Assembly: GCA_044376115.1 (NCBI GenBank)
Contig: JBILLK010000004.1
Coordinates: 1-64,000 of the forward strand
DNA length: 64,000 nt
Origin: Polyangiaceae bacterium
GTDB lineage: Bacteria > Myxococcota_A > Polyangia > Polyangiales > Polyangiaceae
Direction: 5' to 3'
This document shows positions 40,729 through 49,255 of the stretch, one piece after another (the first letter of the stretch is position 1; the number at the start of each line of letters is the position of its first letter). Both the position numbers and the translations under genes were made by a program. The notes beneath the pieces were generated by a model. That model saw only the letters and a list, made by a program, of their open reading frames with translations, searched no databases and was not told the DNA's origin.

Positions 40729-42726
40729 TCAGGTCGAGGGGCGCTGCTCGAAGGTCAGATACGTCTGCTCTTTGAGCCCGCGCTCGTACTCGGCAATTAG
40801 GCGCATACCCTCGGTGGGCTTGAGTCGGTCTTGCTTGATGGCAGCATCGACTTGAGCCTTCACCTTGGCGACCAACTCGTGCGTTTCCCACTGCGTCATC
40901 GAGAGCACCTCGCGGATGGTGTTCCCTTGGATCGTCTCTTCAACGTAGTAGCCGACCTCCTCGTCGTCATCGAGGAACACGTGGGCCTCATTCACACGCC
41001 CAAACAGGTTGTGAATGTCGCCCATGATGTCTTGGTAGGCGCCGGTCAGGAAGATGCCCAAGTAGTACGGCTTACCGTCGAAGGCGTGCAGCGGAAGCGT
41101 GTCTTTCACGTCCTCGAGGTCGATGAACTTCGACAGCTTGCCGTCGGAGTCACAGGTGATGTCGACGATCGTCGAGTCGGTCGAGGGACGCTCGTCCAAA
41201 CGCTGGATCGGCATCACCGGGAACAGCGCGCCGAGCGCCCAATGGTCGAGCAGCGACTGGAACACCGAGAAGTTACAGATGAACTGATCGGCGATCTGCG
41301 GCTTCAGCTCGAGCAGGCTGTCGGGAATCGTCACCTGACCTGGCCGCTCCGCAGCCATCGACAACATGCGACGCGCGACGCCCCAGAACAGCTCCTCCAC
41401 GCGCGCTTTGACCGGTAGCTCGAGCGCTCCGACCTCGAAGCGCTTCTGCGCTTCTTCTTTCACCGCCAAAAGATCGTTCCAGCATTCACCGAGGTTCTCG
41501 GCGCGCAGCTGCTCTTCGACGTAGGCGAGCTCCTGCACCAGCTTGTGCTCCTTGGTAGCGTCGATATCGGCGGCGGAAACCCGCACCTTTTCGATCGCCC
41601 CGAAGGCCTCGACGATCAGCACCGAGTGATGGGCAACGATGGCGCGGCCCGACTCGCTGATCACGTCGGGATGCGGCACCTTCTCTTCATCGCAAATGTC
41701 CCCGACGTTGTAGATGATGTCGCGGGCGTACTCTTCGAGGGAGTAGTTCATTGACGAGTGGAACGTCGAGCACGAGCCGTCGTAGTCGATGGCCAAGCCA
41801 CCGCCGACGTCCAGATATTCGATCGGCTGGCCCATCTTGCGCAGCTTGGCGTAGTGCCGAGCTGCCTCACGAACGGCGCGCTTGATGATCTGAATATCGG
41901 GGACCTGCGAGCCGATGTGGAAGTGGAGCAGCTTGAAGGCCTGCGACATCTGGCCCTCCTCGAGGATTTGCATGGCCTGCAAAATCTCCGAGGTGGTCAG
42001 CCCGAACTTCGCATGCTCACCGGCGCTGGTGGCCCACTTACCGGCGCCCTTCGACACCAAGCGGCAACGTAGGCCGATCAGCGGGTCTACGCCCATCTCT
42101 TTGGCCAAACGCACGATCGAACGGACCTCTGAGAGCTTCTCGGCGATCAGGATGATACGCTTGCCCAACTTGCGCCCGATCAACGCCGTGCGGATGTAGC
42201 TGTCGTCTTTGTAGCCGTTGCAGACGATCAGCGAGTCCATGTCGTTGTGGATCGACAGAGCCGCGAACATCTCCGGTTTGCTGCCGACCTCGATGCCGAA
42301 GTGGCTGGAGCGGCCGGCGTCCAAGATCTCCTCGACCACCTCGCGCAGCTGGTTGACCTTGATCGGGAAGACGCCGCGGTACTTACCGCGATACTTGTTG
42401 TCGTCGATGGCCGACTCGAAGGCCGCATTCAGCTTCTTGACGCGATGCCGGAGGATGTCTTGAAAGCGCAGCAGGAGCGGCGTCGTGAGGGACTCCTTGC
42501 GGACCTCCTCCACCACGTCGACGATCGGAATCCGTGGGCCGCGCGGGCCCTCCGGCGTCACGACCATGTTGCCCTTCTCGTCGATGTCGAAGTAGCCCGA
42601 GCCCCAGCGGCGTGTGAGATACAAATCTCGCGCTTGGTCGAGAGTCCACGGCCTTGATGCGCCATTGAGGCCGCCTTCGGCCTGCGAATCGGAGACACCC
42701 TTCAAAGGGGGAGTCGACAAGGTCAC
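40729..42726 (-). CDS. speA: Biosynthetic arginine decarboxylase
   Basis: WGSGYF, FPIKVNQ (PLP Lys), EVGSKPE, HFHIGSQ, TCDSDG, GAYQDIMGDIHNLFG; AAGGAG before GTG 42726. Confidence 0.96.
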   Translation of the reverse strand: MTLSTPPLKGVSDSQAEGGLNGASRPWTLDQARDLYLTRRWGSGYFDIDEKGNMVVTPEGPRGPRIPIVDVVEEVRKESLTTPLLLRFQDILRHRVKKLNAAFESAIDDNKYRGKYRGVFPIKVNQLREVVEEILDAGRSSHFGIEVGSKPEMFAALSIHNDMDSLIVCNGYKDDSYIRTALIGRKLGKRIILIAEKLSEVRSIVRLAKEMGVDPLIGLRCRLVSKGAGKWATSAGEHAKFGLTTSEILQAMQILEEGQMSQAFKLLHFHIGSQVPDIQIIKRAVREAARHYAKLRKMGQPIEYLDVGGGLAIDYDGSCSTFHSSMNYSLEEYARDIIYNVGDICDEEKVPHPDVISESGRAIVAHHSVLIVEAFGAIEKVRVSAADIDATKEHKLVQELAYVEEQLRAENLGECWNDLLAVKEEAQKRFEVGALELPVKARVEELFWGVARRMLSMAAERPGQVTIPDSLLELKPQIADQFICNFSVFQSLLDHWALGALFPVMPIQRLDERPSTDSTIVDITCDSDGKLSKFIDLEDVKDTLPLHAFDGKPYYLGIFLTGAYQDIMGDIHNLFGRVNEAHVFLDDDEEVGYYVEETIQGNTIREVLSMTQWETHELVAKVKAQVDAAIKQDRLKPTEGMRLIAEYERGLKEQTYLTFEQRPST

Positions 42727-42883
42727 TTCAGTGCTCCTTCTGACCTGGGAGGAGGTCAGGACCAAACAATCAGGCAACGTTAGACGCTCGCCACAGTCGA
42801 CGTCGTCGGGCCCGAATAGAGTTAATGTCCCGCCCGATCAAGCACTAACGCGCGCCGAAACACGATTGTTCCGCTGACTCGGT

Positions 42884-43672
42884 TCACTCCTCCGGCTGAC
42901 GCGGACGGAGCGCGAAGGTCTTGCTGGCCCCATCACGCTCTTTCCGCACCCATTCGAGGAAAATCTGCGCCCATTGCACCTGGCCCTCGGCGGTTGGGTG
43001 GATCTTGTCGCCACCGCGCGGCAAGTCGGGTGAGAGCTTGTTTGAGTCGAAGTAGCGGCACGGCTGTGAGTTGTCGTGGATGATGCTGAGCAGCCCGTTG
43101 TCCTGATTGCCCCAAAGCGGCGGGCTGACCCAAACACACGGCGTATTCCCGATCAGTTTGACGAGCTCCTGTACCTTCGGCTTGCGGATCTCCGGCGTCT
43201 TGATCGCGAGTTCATTGCCTCCCAACGCGATCACCACGAGATCCGGCTTCTCCTGCAACAGGAGCAGGTTCACCCCGCGTTTGGGGCCGGCCCATTCGGG
43301 GATGAAGGTGGCCTTTTCGCCGCGGAGGACGGCCTTGCCCCCAAAGTCGGCCTCTTTTCTGCGCAGACCAGCGCCCAGTGCCTCGGCAAACGAATCCCCG
43401 ATCACGAGGATCTTGAGGCCCTTCGGTAGCGGCCCAGGGTCGACTGCGGCGACCGGCACCGCGCTCTCGGCAGGCTTGGCCGTTGCGCTCGCGTTGGCCG
43501 TGGGCGCAGTGGTCGGCTCGCTGCTGGGCTCCGCGCTCGCGGGCGTCACTGTTGCGGAGGCTGCAGGCGAAGTCGGCTCGCTCGGCGCCGGCGACGCCGG
43601 AGCGCAGGCCGCGGTGAGCGCCGAGGCCAAGAGACAACCGAGCCAGCAACCGAGAGAGTCGTGGGAAGCCAT
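42884..43672 (-). CDS. SGNH/GDSL hydrolase lipoprotein
   Basis: IGDSFA, LGGNE, DKIHPT; lipobox TAAC. Confidence 0.85.
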   Translation of the reverse strand: MASHDSLGCWLGCLLASALTAACAPASPAPSEPTSPAASATVTPASAEPSSEPTTAPTANASATAKPAESAVPVAAVDPGPLPKGLKILVIGDSFAEALGAGLRRKEADFGGKAVLRGEKATFIPEWAGPKRGVNLLLLQEKPDLVVIALGGNELAIKTPEIRKPKVQELVKLIGNTPCVWVSPPLWGNQDNGLLSIIHDNSQPCRYFDSNKLSPDLPRGGDKIHPTAEGQVQWAQIFLEWVRKERDGASKTFALRPRQPEE

Positions 43673-43759
43673 GGGGCAAAACGATAAATCCGCGTTCGCG
43701 ATGGGGCCAACTCAGTCGCGCGAACGCCGCGAACCTTGTTGCCCGAAGCGCGCTCTCCT

Positions 43760-44587
43760 ATGACCTCGCGCATGGCGGTAGGAGAGACCATCGAGCAATG
43801 GGCACAAGCCTACCTTGCGGCAGATAGCTTCGCGCAGAAGCTCGCTCCCCCACCCTGCCCCGCCAACTTTGCGCAAGCTTGGAGCGCGGATCGAAGCCAC
43901 CGCCCCGGTCGCGGCCCCGAGTTTCGCCGCAGCGAGCGGGGCGAAAAGAGCACCGGCAAGAGCCAGCTGCTCGGTGAGGAACGAAGAGCACGGCTGCTCC
44001 ACACCTTCCTGCACCACGAACTGCAAGCCGCGGAGCTATTCGCATGGGCGCTCTTGGCGTTCCCAGGCGCACCGCTCGCGATGCGGCAAGGCTTCCTCAA
44101 GATCCTGCATGAGGAGATTCGCCACATGAACCTCTACGCGGAGCTCCTGCGCGCGCGCGGCTTCGAACCGGGAGCGTTCGAGGTGCGCGATTGGTTTTGG
44201 GAGCGGGTTCCGAGCACGCGCAGCGAGGTCGAGTTCGCTGCCACTTTGGGCATCGGCTTCGAGGGTGGCAACCTGGATCATGCCTCGCGCTTCGCGCGTC
44301 GCTTCGTTCAGGCCAAAGATCTCGAGGGCGGCCGAGTTCAGGCCATCGTCGCGCGGGAGGAGGTGCTGCACGTGAAGTTCGCGCTGACCTGGTTCCGTGA
44401 ATTGTCGCCAGAGCTGGCCGCTGGGCACACGCTGTTTGAGGCGTTTCGGCGTTCGCTACCACCGCCGCTCTCGCCGATCCTGATGCGCGGCGTTCCGAGC
44501 GACCGCGAGCTTCGAAAGAAAGCCGGCTTCGACGACGCCTTCATCGATTCACTCACGGCCTTCGACGGCGACCCGATGCCCTCGTGA
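43760..44587 (+). CDS. DUF455 ferritin-like diiron protein
   Basis: LLHTFLHHELQAAEL, EEIRH, FEGGNLDH, EEVLHV.F..WF. Confidence 0.85.
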   Translation: MTSRMAVGETIEQWAQAYLAADSFAQKLAPPPCPANFAQAWSADRSHRPGRGPEFRRSERGEKSTGKSQLLGEERRARLLHTFLHHELQAAELFAWALLAFPGAPLAMRQGFLKILHEEIRHMNLYAELLRARGFEPGAFEVRDWFWERVPSTRSEVEFAATLGIGFEGGNLDHASRFARRFVQAKDLEGGRVQAIVAREEVLHVKFALTWFRELSPELAAGHTLFEAFRRSLPPPLSPILMRGVPSDRELRKKAGFDDAFIDSLTAFDGDPMPS

Positions 44588-45465
44588 GCCGGGTCTGGCT
44601 GCTCAATCTGGAGGCTGAGAGCGAGCTCGCCCAGCCAAGGTCGCCGCACGATCCGACGCGCATCGCACGAGAACGGCCTGAGCTAATCGCACGCCTCGCC
44701 GACCTCGTACCGAGCGGCGATGACGTGCTTACGCAAGCCGAAGGGCCGTCGCTCGCGGGCAAGCGTTGCATGGTGTGGAGCGCTACAACCAGCGCGCGCT
44801 CGCTGCTCGAACGCCGCGGCGCCGATCTTTCGCAGCTACCGTCCGCAGCCGTGGTCGCTCGCGTGAGCAGCCGCGCCTTTGCGGCCGAGCAACTCGGACT
44901 TTTGCTCCCCGGCGCGCAGCTAGTGTTTTCGCATGAGGCGGCCGATCGCGCGCTCGCCGCCGGGTCAATCAGCGGAAAGCTGCTCTTGCGCAAGATGTTC
45001 GGCTTCGCCGGGCGTGGGCGGCGCATCGCGCAGGTCGGCGCCCTCAGCGAAAGCGACCTGAACTTCGCGCGCAAGGCCGTCAACGAGGGAGGCCTTTTGG
45101 TCGAACCCTACGTGGAGCGCCAACGCGACGTCTCGCTGCACGGCTTCTGCGATGAACGAGGCGTCACGGTGGGCGAACCAACCGTGGCCACGCTCAATGA
45201 CGGCGGTGTTTGGCAAGCCAGCACCCGCGACCCGAGCATGCGTTCAGACTACGCCAGCGCCTTGCGTGAGCAGCTCTTGCGCGCAGCCGACGCTCTGCTC
45301 GCGGCCGGCTATCGTGGGCCGTTGGGCGTCGACGGCTTCAGCTACCTGATCTCGACAGACCAGGCTCAATCCCAGGTCCAATTCTGTGCGCGTTGCGAGG
45401 TCAACGCCCGATATTCAATGGCTTGGACGATTGGCATGGCTGGGCAAAGGCCCGACCTTGCTTGA
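44584..45465 (+). CDS. ATP-grasp-fold protein
   Basis: FGFAGRG loop, LLVEPYV, GYRGPLGVD, EVNARYSM; GTGA overlap with the DUF455 gene. Confidence 0.75.
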   Translation: MSRVWLLNLEAESELAQPRSPHDPTRIARERPELIARLADLVPSGDDVLTQAEGPSLAGKRCMVWSATTSARSLLERRGADLSQLPSAAVVARVSSRAFAAEQLGLLLPGAQLVFSHEAADRALAAGSISGKLLLRKMFGFAGRGRRIAQVGALSESDLNFARKAVNEGGLLVEPYVERQRDVSLHGFCDERGVTVGEPTVATLNDGGVWQASTRDPSMRSDYASALREQLLRAADALLAAGYRGPLGVDGFSYLISTDQAQSQVQFCARCEVNARYSMAWTIGMAGQRPDLA

Positions 45466-45508
45466 CTTCGGCGGGAAGAAGTGGAGCTTCATCGCGTAGG
45501 AACCCCTC

Positions 45509-45847
45509 GTGGAAACGGCCGACGAAGACGAAGTGACCCGACCGTCGGCTCGACGTTCGGTCGTTCTCGCCGTCGCCGCCAACGACAACGTCGGAGTAAG
45601 CAAACCGGAGCCTGAAGCGCCGCCGGAGCTCGCGGATTGGTTCGCGTCGATCGGCGCCCAATGCCGAGCGGAGGCCCGCCTGGCCGACCAAACCCGACGC
45701 ATGGGTTCAGTATCTGAGCGCAGCAGCCTCGACTGTTTTGGCGCCTGGCCCTCGGCCGGAGCTCAACGAGCGACTGGCTTTGGCTCCTCCGACTTCGGCT
45801 CTTCCGACTCCTCTTCGAGCGACCGCACCCGCGTCAGCGGTAGGTAG
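45509..45847 (+). CDS. Small hypothetical protein with AANDN motif
   Basis: AGGA before GTG, GC-rich third positions; last 85 bp overlap mscS convergently. Confidence 0.45.
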   Translation: METADEDEVTRPSARRSVVLAVAANDNVGVSKPEPEAPPELADWFASIGAQCRAEARLADQTRRMGSVSERSSLDCFGAWPSAGAQRATGFGSSDFGSSDSSSSDRTRVSGR

Positions 45848-47469
45848 CGTCCACCCTCGAGTTCGCGCAGAAAACTGACCCAGCCTTCGCGCAGCTCACA
45901 CTTGAGGGCGTAGGCCTTGGAAGCAACGTCCACCGACGCCGTCCCGCGAATCTTCAGCACCCGGTCGTTCATCTCGACGACCTCGACGACCGAGCTGCGC
46001 TGATCCCAGAGTGGGCTCTGTTTGCACAAGCGCTCGAAGGCTGCGCGCAGCTCTCCGACCGGCACCTCGTGATCCGCGTAGATGTCCACCGGCGCGAGCA
46101 GGTCCGAGCCGCTGCGCGTCCAGTTCTCGAACGGCTCCGACATCACGCGCGCCACCGGCACGATCAGCCGTCGATCGTCCCATAGGCGCACCACGACATA
46201 GGTGAAGAAGACGTGCTCGACGGTGCCCACCTCCCCCGGTCGAAAGACAACGGTATCGCCGATGCGCACCGGCTGCGTGATCGAAAGCTCGACCCCTGCG
46301 ATCAGCCCGGAGAGCGTACGTTGCGCCGCAATGCCGACCAGAACGCCGGCGATACCCGCTGAAGCCAGCAGCGAAAGCCCGACGTTTCGCACGATCTCGA
46401 ACTGCAGCAAGATCACGCCAGCGGCGATCAAGGTGACCACCACGGTGGCGATGCGACGCACCATCGTCAGTCGCGTCAGCAGTCCACGGTTCGCGTGTTG
46501 GCCTTGCGTGTCCTCGGGCAGCCGCTCCTCCCACGCTTGCGTGGCCACCCGCACGAGCAGCACCGCGCTCCACGCCGCCGCAATCACATAAAGGATCGAG
46601 GAAGCACGTTCGAAGAAGGCCGCGAACTGCGCTGGTAACAGCAGAAACGGCAGGCCCAGCTGGAAGGCCGCGGTTGCCAGTGCCAGCCGCGCTGGTCGCG
46701 CGAGGGAGCGAACACTGACCGCGGCCCCGCTCCACACCGAGCTGATCGCACGCGTCGCCAATCGCGTCGTCAGTCCGCCAAAGACCCGACCGATAAGGTA
46801 CGAAAAGCCCGTGGCTAGCAAGAGCCCGAGCCACTGCCACAGATAAAGAAATACGTACGTACGCTGCTTCAACCAGGCCGGGACGGCCTCCTCCACCACG
46901 CGCTTCTGCGTCGCCTCGTACACCGGACGAATCGAGGCCACCGTCGAGCGTGAGAACTGCCAACGCGTTTCTCCCGTCGCAAGTTTGACCGGCACGAGCA
47001 CGATGGAGTGCGCGCTGTCGTCGACGTCGAGTCGGTCGAGGATGAGGCCCTCGGTGCCGATCGAACTCGGCGCAGCCTCATCTGGCAGCTCCTCGAGCTC
47101 GACGCTGATGCGCGTGACGATGATGCGGTAGAGCAGCGCCGCGAGCTCCGGCCCCTCGCGAGCGTCTTTGCCGCGCGGCAAAGCCCGCAGATCCAAGAAC
47201 TCAGCCGCCTTGACGAAGTCCTTCGTCTCGCACGCGCGCATGAAGGCGCTCAGGCTGCGCCGCGGCGTCGATACGGTCGTAGGGTCGGACGGCTTGAGCG
47301 CCGCGCTGCTCGCGCTGGTGCTGCTCGAGGCGCCGCTGTTCGCGGGTTTGGGCGGCTTGGACTCCGCAGAGACCGCAGCAGTCTGGCCAAACACCGCCTC
47401 GCTCGGAACCGCGACCCCAGCCGCCAGCGCGGTCGCCCAGCAGAGCATCCACACTCGCAAACGCATCAT
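45763..47469 (-). CDS. MscS-family mechanosensitive channel with periplasmic N-terminal domain
   Basis: LLASAGIAG..GIAAQ, QPVRIGD, WDDRRLIVP, PFENW; ATGA coupling to the upstream phosphatase. Confidence 0.9.
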   Translation of the reverse strand: MMRLRVWMLCWATALAAGVAVPSEAVFGQTAAVSAESKPPKPANSGASSSTSASSAALKPSDPTTVSTPRRSLSAFMRACETKDFVKAAEFLDLRALPRGKDAREGPELAALLYRIIVTRISVELEELPDEAAPSSIGTEGLILDRLDVDDSAHSIVLVPVKLATGETRWQFSRSTVASIRPVYEATQKRVVEEAVPAWLKQRTYVFLYLWQWLGLLLATGFSYLIGRVFGGLTTRLATRAISSVWSGAAVSVRSLARPARLALATAAFQLGLPFLLLPAQFAAFFERASSILYVIAAAWSAVLLVRVATQAWEERLPEDTQGQHANRGLLTRLTMVRRIATVVVTLIAAGVILLQFEIVRNVGLSLLASAGIAGVLVGIAAQRTLSGLIAGVELSITQPVRIGDTVVFRPGEVGTVEHVFFTYVVVRLWDDRRLIVPVARVMSEPFENWTRSGSDLLAPVDIYADHEVPVGELRAAFERLCKQSPLWDQRSSVVEVVEMNDRVLKIRGTASVDVASKAYALKCELREGWVSFLRELEGGRYLPLTRVRSLEEESEEPKSEEPKPVAR

Positions 47470-49139
47470 TCGACTCCGCACACGAGCAGCGTCAGATCGT
47501 CGTATTGATCACAACCGCTGGCGTGAGCTTTCACCGCGGCCAGCAAGCGGGCCGCGAGCGCTCCCGCCTCGCTCGAGCCGCCCGAAAGCGCCCGTTCAAC
47601 GCCCTCGAAACCCAGCTGCTCGTCGCGCGTGTTAGTGGCCTCGTGCACCCCGTCGGTGGTCAACACCAGCGCGTCCCCCGACTGCAACTGGATCGTCGTT
47701 TCGACGAAGGGCAAGTCAGCGAAGAGGCCCAACGGGGAGCTCGCCCCAGCATCGATGCGCAGCAGCCGGCCCTCCTCACGCTGACGAACGTAGGGCGGCA
47801 TGTGCCCCGCGTTGGCGAGCGTCACCTTGCGCGTCGAGACCTCGAGCACGAGCGCCACCGCGGTCACGAAAATGTCGTGTTGGCCACGTGCACACAGCTC
47901 GCGGTTTGCCTGCGCCATGGCCAGCGCCGGCGTTGGTTCGGTCACCAGCGCCGTGCGCAGATCGCTCGATACACGCGCCATGACCAACGCGGCGGAGACG
48001 CCCTTGCCCGAAACATCACCGATGGTGCAGCCAATGCGATCGTGGGTCAGCCAAAAGACGTCGTAGAAGTCCCCACCGATCGCCAAGGCCGGCATGTAGT
48101 CGGCGTTGAACGAAATGCCCGGCGGACGCGGCAGACTCAGCGGCAAGAAGCTCTTCTGAATCTGCTGGGCCACCGTTAGATCGCGCTGCAACCGCTGTTG
48201 CACGAGCGACTGTTGGTGCAGCCGGGCGTTTTGCAGCGCGATACCCGTATGCGAAGCCAGCGCGGCCAAGAGGTCGAGATCGCCTTGCGAGAACGTCTCC
48301 CCTGGCTCACCGCGCACGTTGAGCACCCCCAGCACCTTGCCCCGGTAGACCATCGGCGCGTGCATCACCATCGGGTCGGCCCGCTTGGAGCGTGGGCCAG
48401 AGTCCAGCGCCTCCTCGGCCATATCGAGGGAAAACGGCACGGAGAGCAGCGCCTTTCCGCGCACCACGAGTTCGGTATAAAGCTCGGCCGGCAGCGGCGA
48501 GCTCGGCATCACGTCGCCGCCGCGGAGCTCGGCCCGCAGCGGCTCCATCGCACCGGTGGGCTCGTCCAGCGTGTACACGGCGGCGACTCGCGCCCGCGGA
48601 AACGCGTCGAACAGGTTGGCGATGATCAGGTTGAGCAACGCGTCGGCATCGAGCGTCGCCGCGATCGCGTGAACGAAGGAGAAGAGTGTGCGCAGCCTTC
48701 GCTCCGACTCCTCCAGTTCGGCCAGACCGCCGGTTGCGATTAGCGTGTGATTCGTCTGCGCATCGGCTTCACCGAGGATCCTCGATGGCACCTCGAACCC
48801 GAGCCGTGTGACCTCCTCGATCTTGCCGCGCCCGCGCAGCGCCAAGTCCTCGTTGAAGGCCACCTCGAAGCGGAAGCGAAACGGCCCGAAGCGAACCTCA
48901 TCGCCTGGGTTTAGCAGCTGCCGCTTGATCGGCTGGTTGTTGACGAAGGTGCCGTTCGCGCTCCCGAGATCGTAGGCGACGTGAGCACCACCCTCTGGAG
49001 CAACCTTGGCGTGCTGCCTCGAGATCGTCGAGTCATCGAGTACCAAGTGGTTGAACGGTCCCCGCCCGACCAGGAACGTCGTTTCGAGAACGAAACGCTT
49101 GCCGGAGAAGCCGCCGTCGAGTGCGACGAGCCATGCCAT
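47466..49139 (-). CDS. FHA-GAF-PP2C (SpoIIE-type) protein phosphatase
   Basis: VGR..SRQHA..DLGSANGTFVN (FHA); GGDFYD, GDVSGKG, NAGH, TDG, DDLT. Confidence 0.92.
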   Translation of the reverse strand: MAWLVALDGGFSGKRFVLETTFLVGRGPFNHLVLDDSTISRQHAKVAPEGGAHVAYDLGSANGTFVNNQPIKRQLLNPGDEVRFGPFRFRFEVAFNEDLALRGRGKIEEVTRLGFEVPSRILGEADAQTNHTLIATGGLAELEESERRLRTLFSFVHAIAATLDADALLNLIIANLFDAFPRARVAAVYTLDEPTGAMEPLRAELRGGDVMPSSPLPAELYTELVVRGKALLSVPFSLDMAEEALDSGPRSKRADPMVMHAPMVYRGKVLGVLNVRGEPGETFSQGDLDLLAALASHTGIALQNARLHQQSLVQQRLQRDLTVAQQIQKSFLPLSLPRPPGISFNADYMPALAIGGDFYDVFWLTHDRIGCTIGDVSGKGVSAALVMARVSSDLRTALVTEPTPALAMAQANRELCARGQHDIFVTAVALVLEVSTRKVTLANAGHMPPYVRQREEGRLLRIDAGASSPLGLFADLPFVETTIQLQSGDALVLTTDGVHEATNTRDEQLGFEGVERALSGGSSEAGALAARLLAAVKAHASGCDQYDDLTLLVCGVE

Positions 49140-49255
49140 CGTGGACGACCTTAGCCGATCCCCGGCTTATTCTGGGGGAAAGGCTGCACAGAATGACGTG
49201 GCCCGTTTGGTCGCGACCCGAGCGAGCGCCAGCGTGCCTCCGCCGCAGTCACGCG

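Noticed and set aside
45401..45702. Minus-strand ORFs 45401..45691 and 45415..45702
   Set aside because: Composition looks like shadow translation; the plus-strand 45509 frame is the better candidate.
45466..45762. tmRNA gene suggested by AANDNV
   Set aside because: No tRNA-like 5'/3' ends, and the frame does not end in a short hydrophobic-AA-stop tag.
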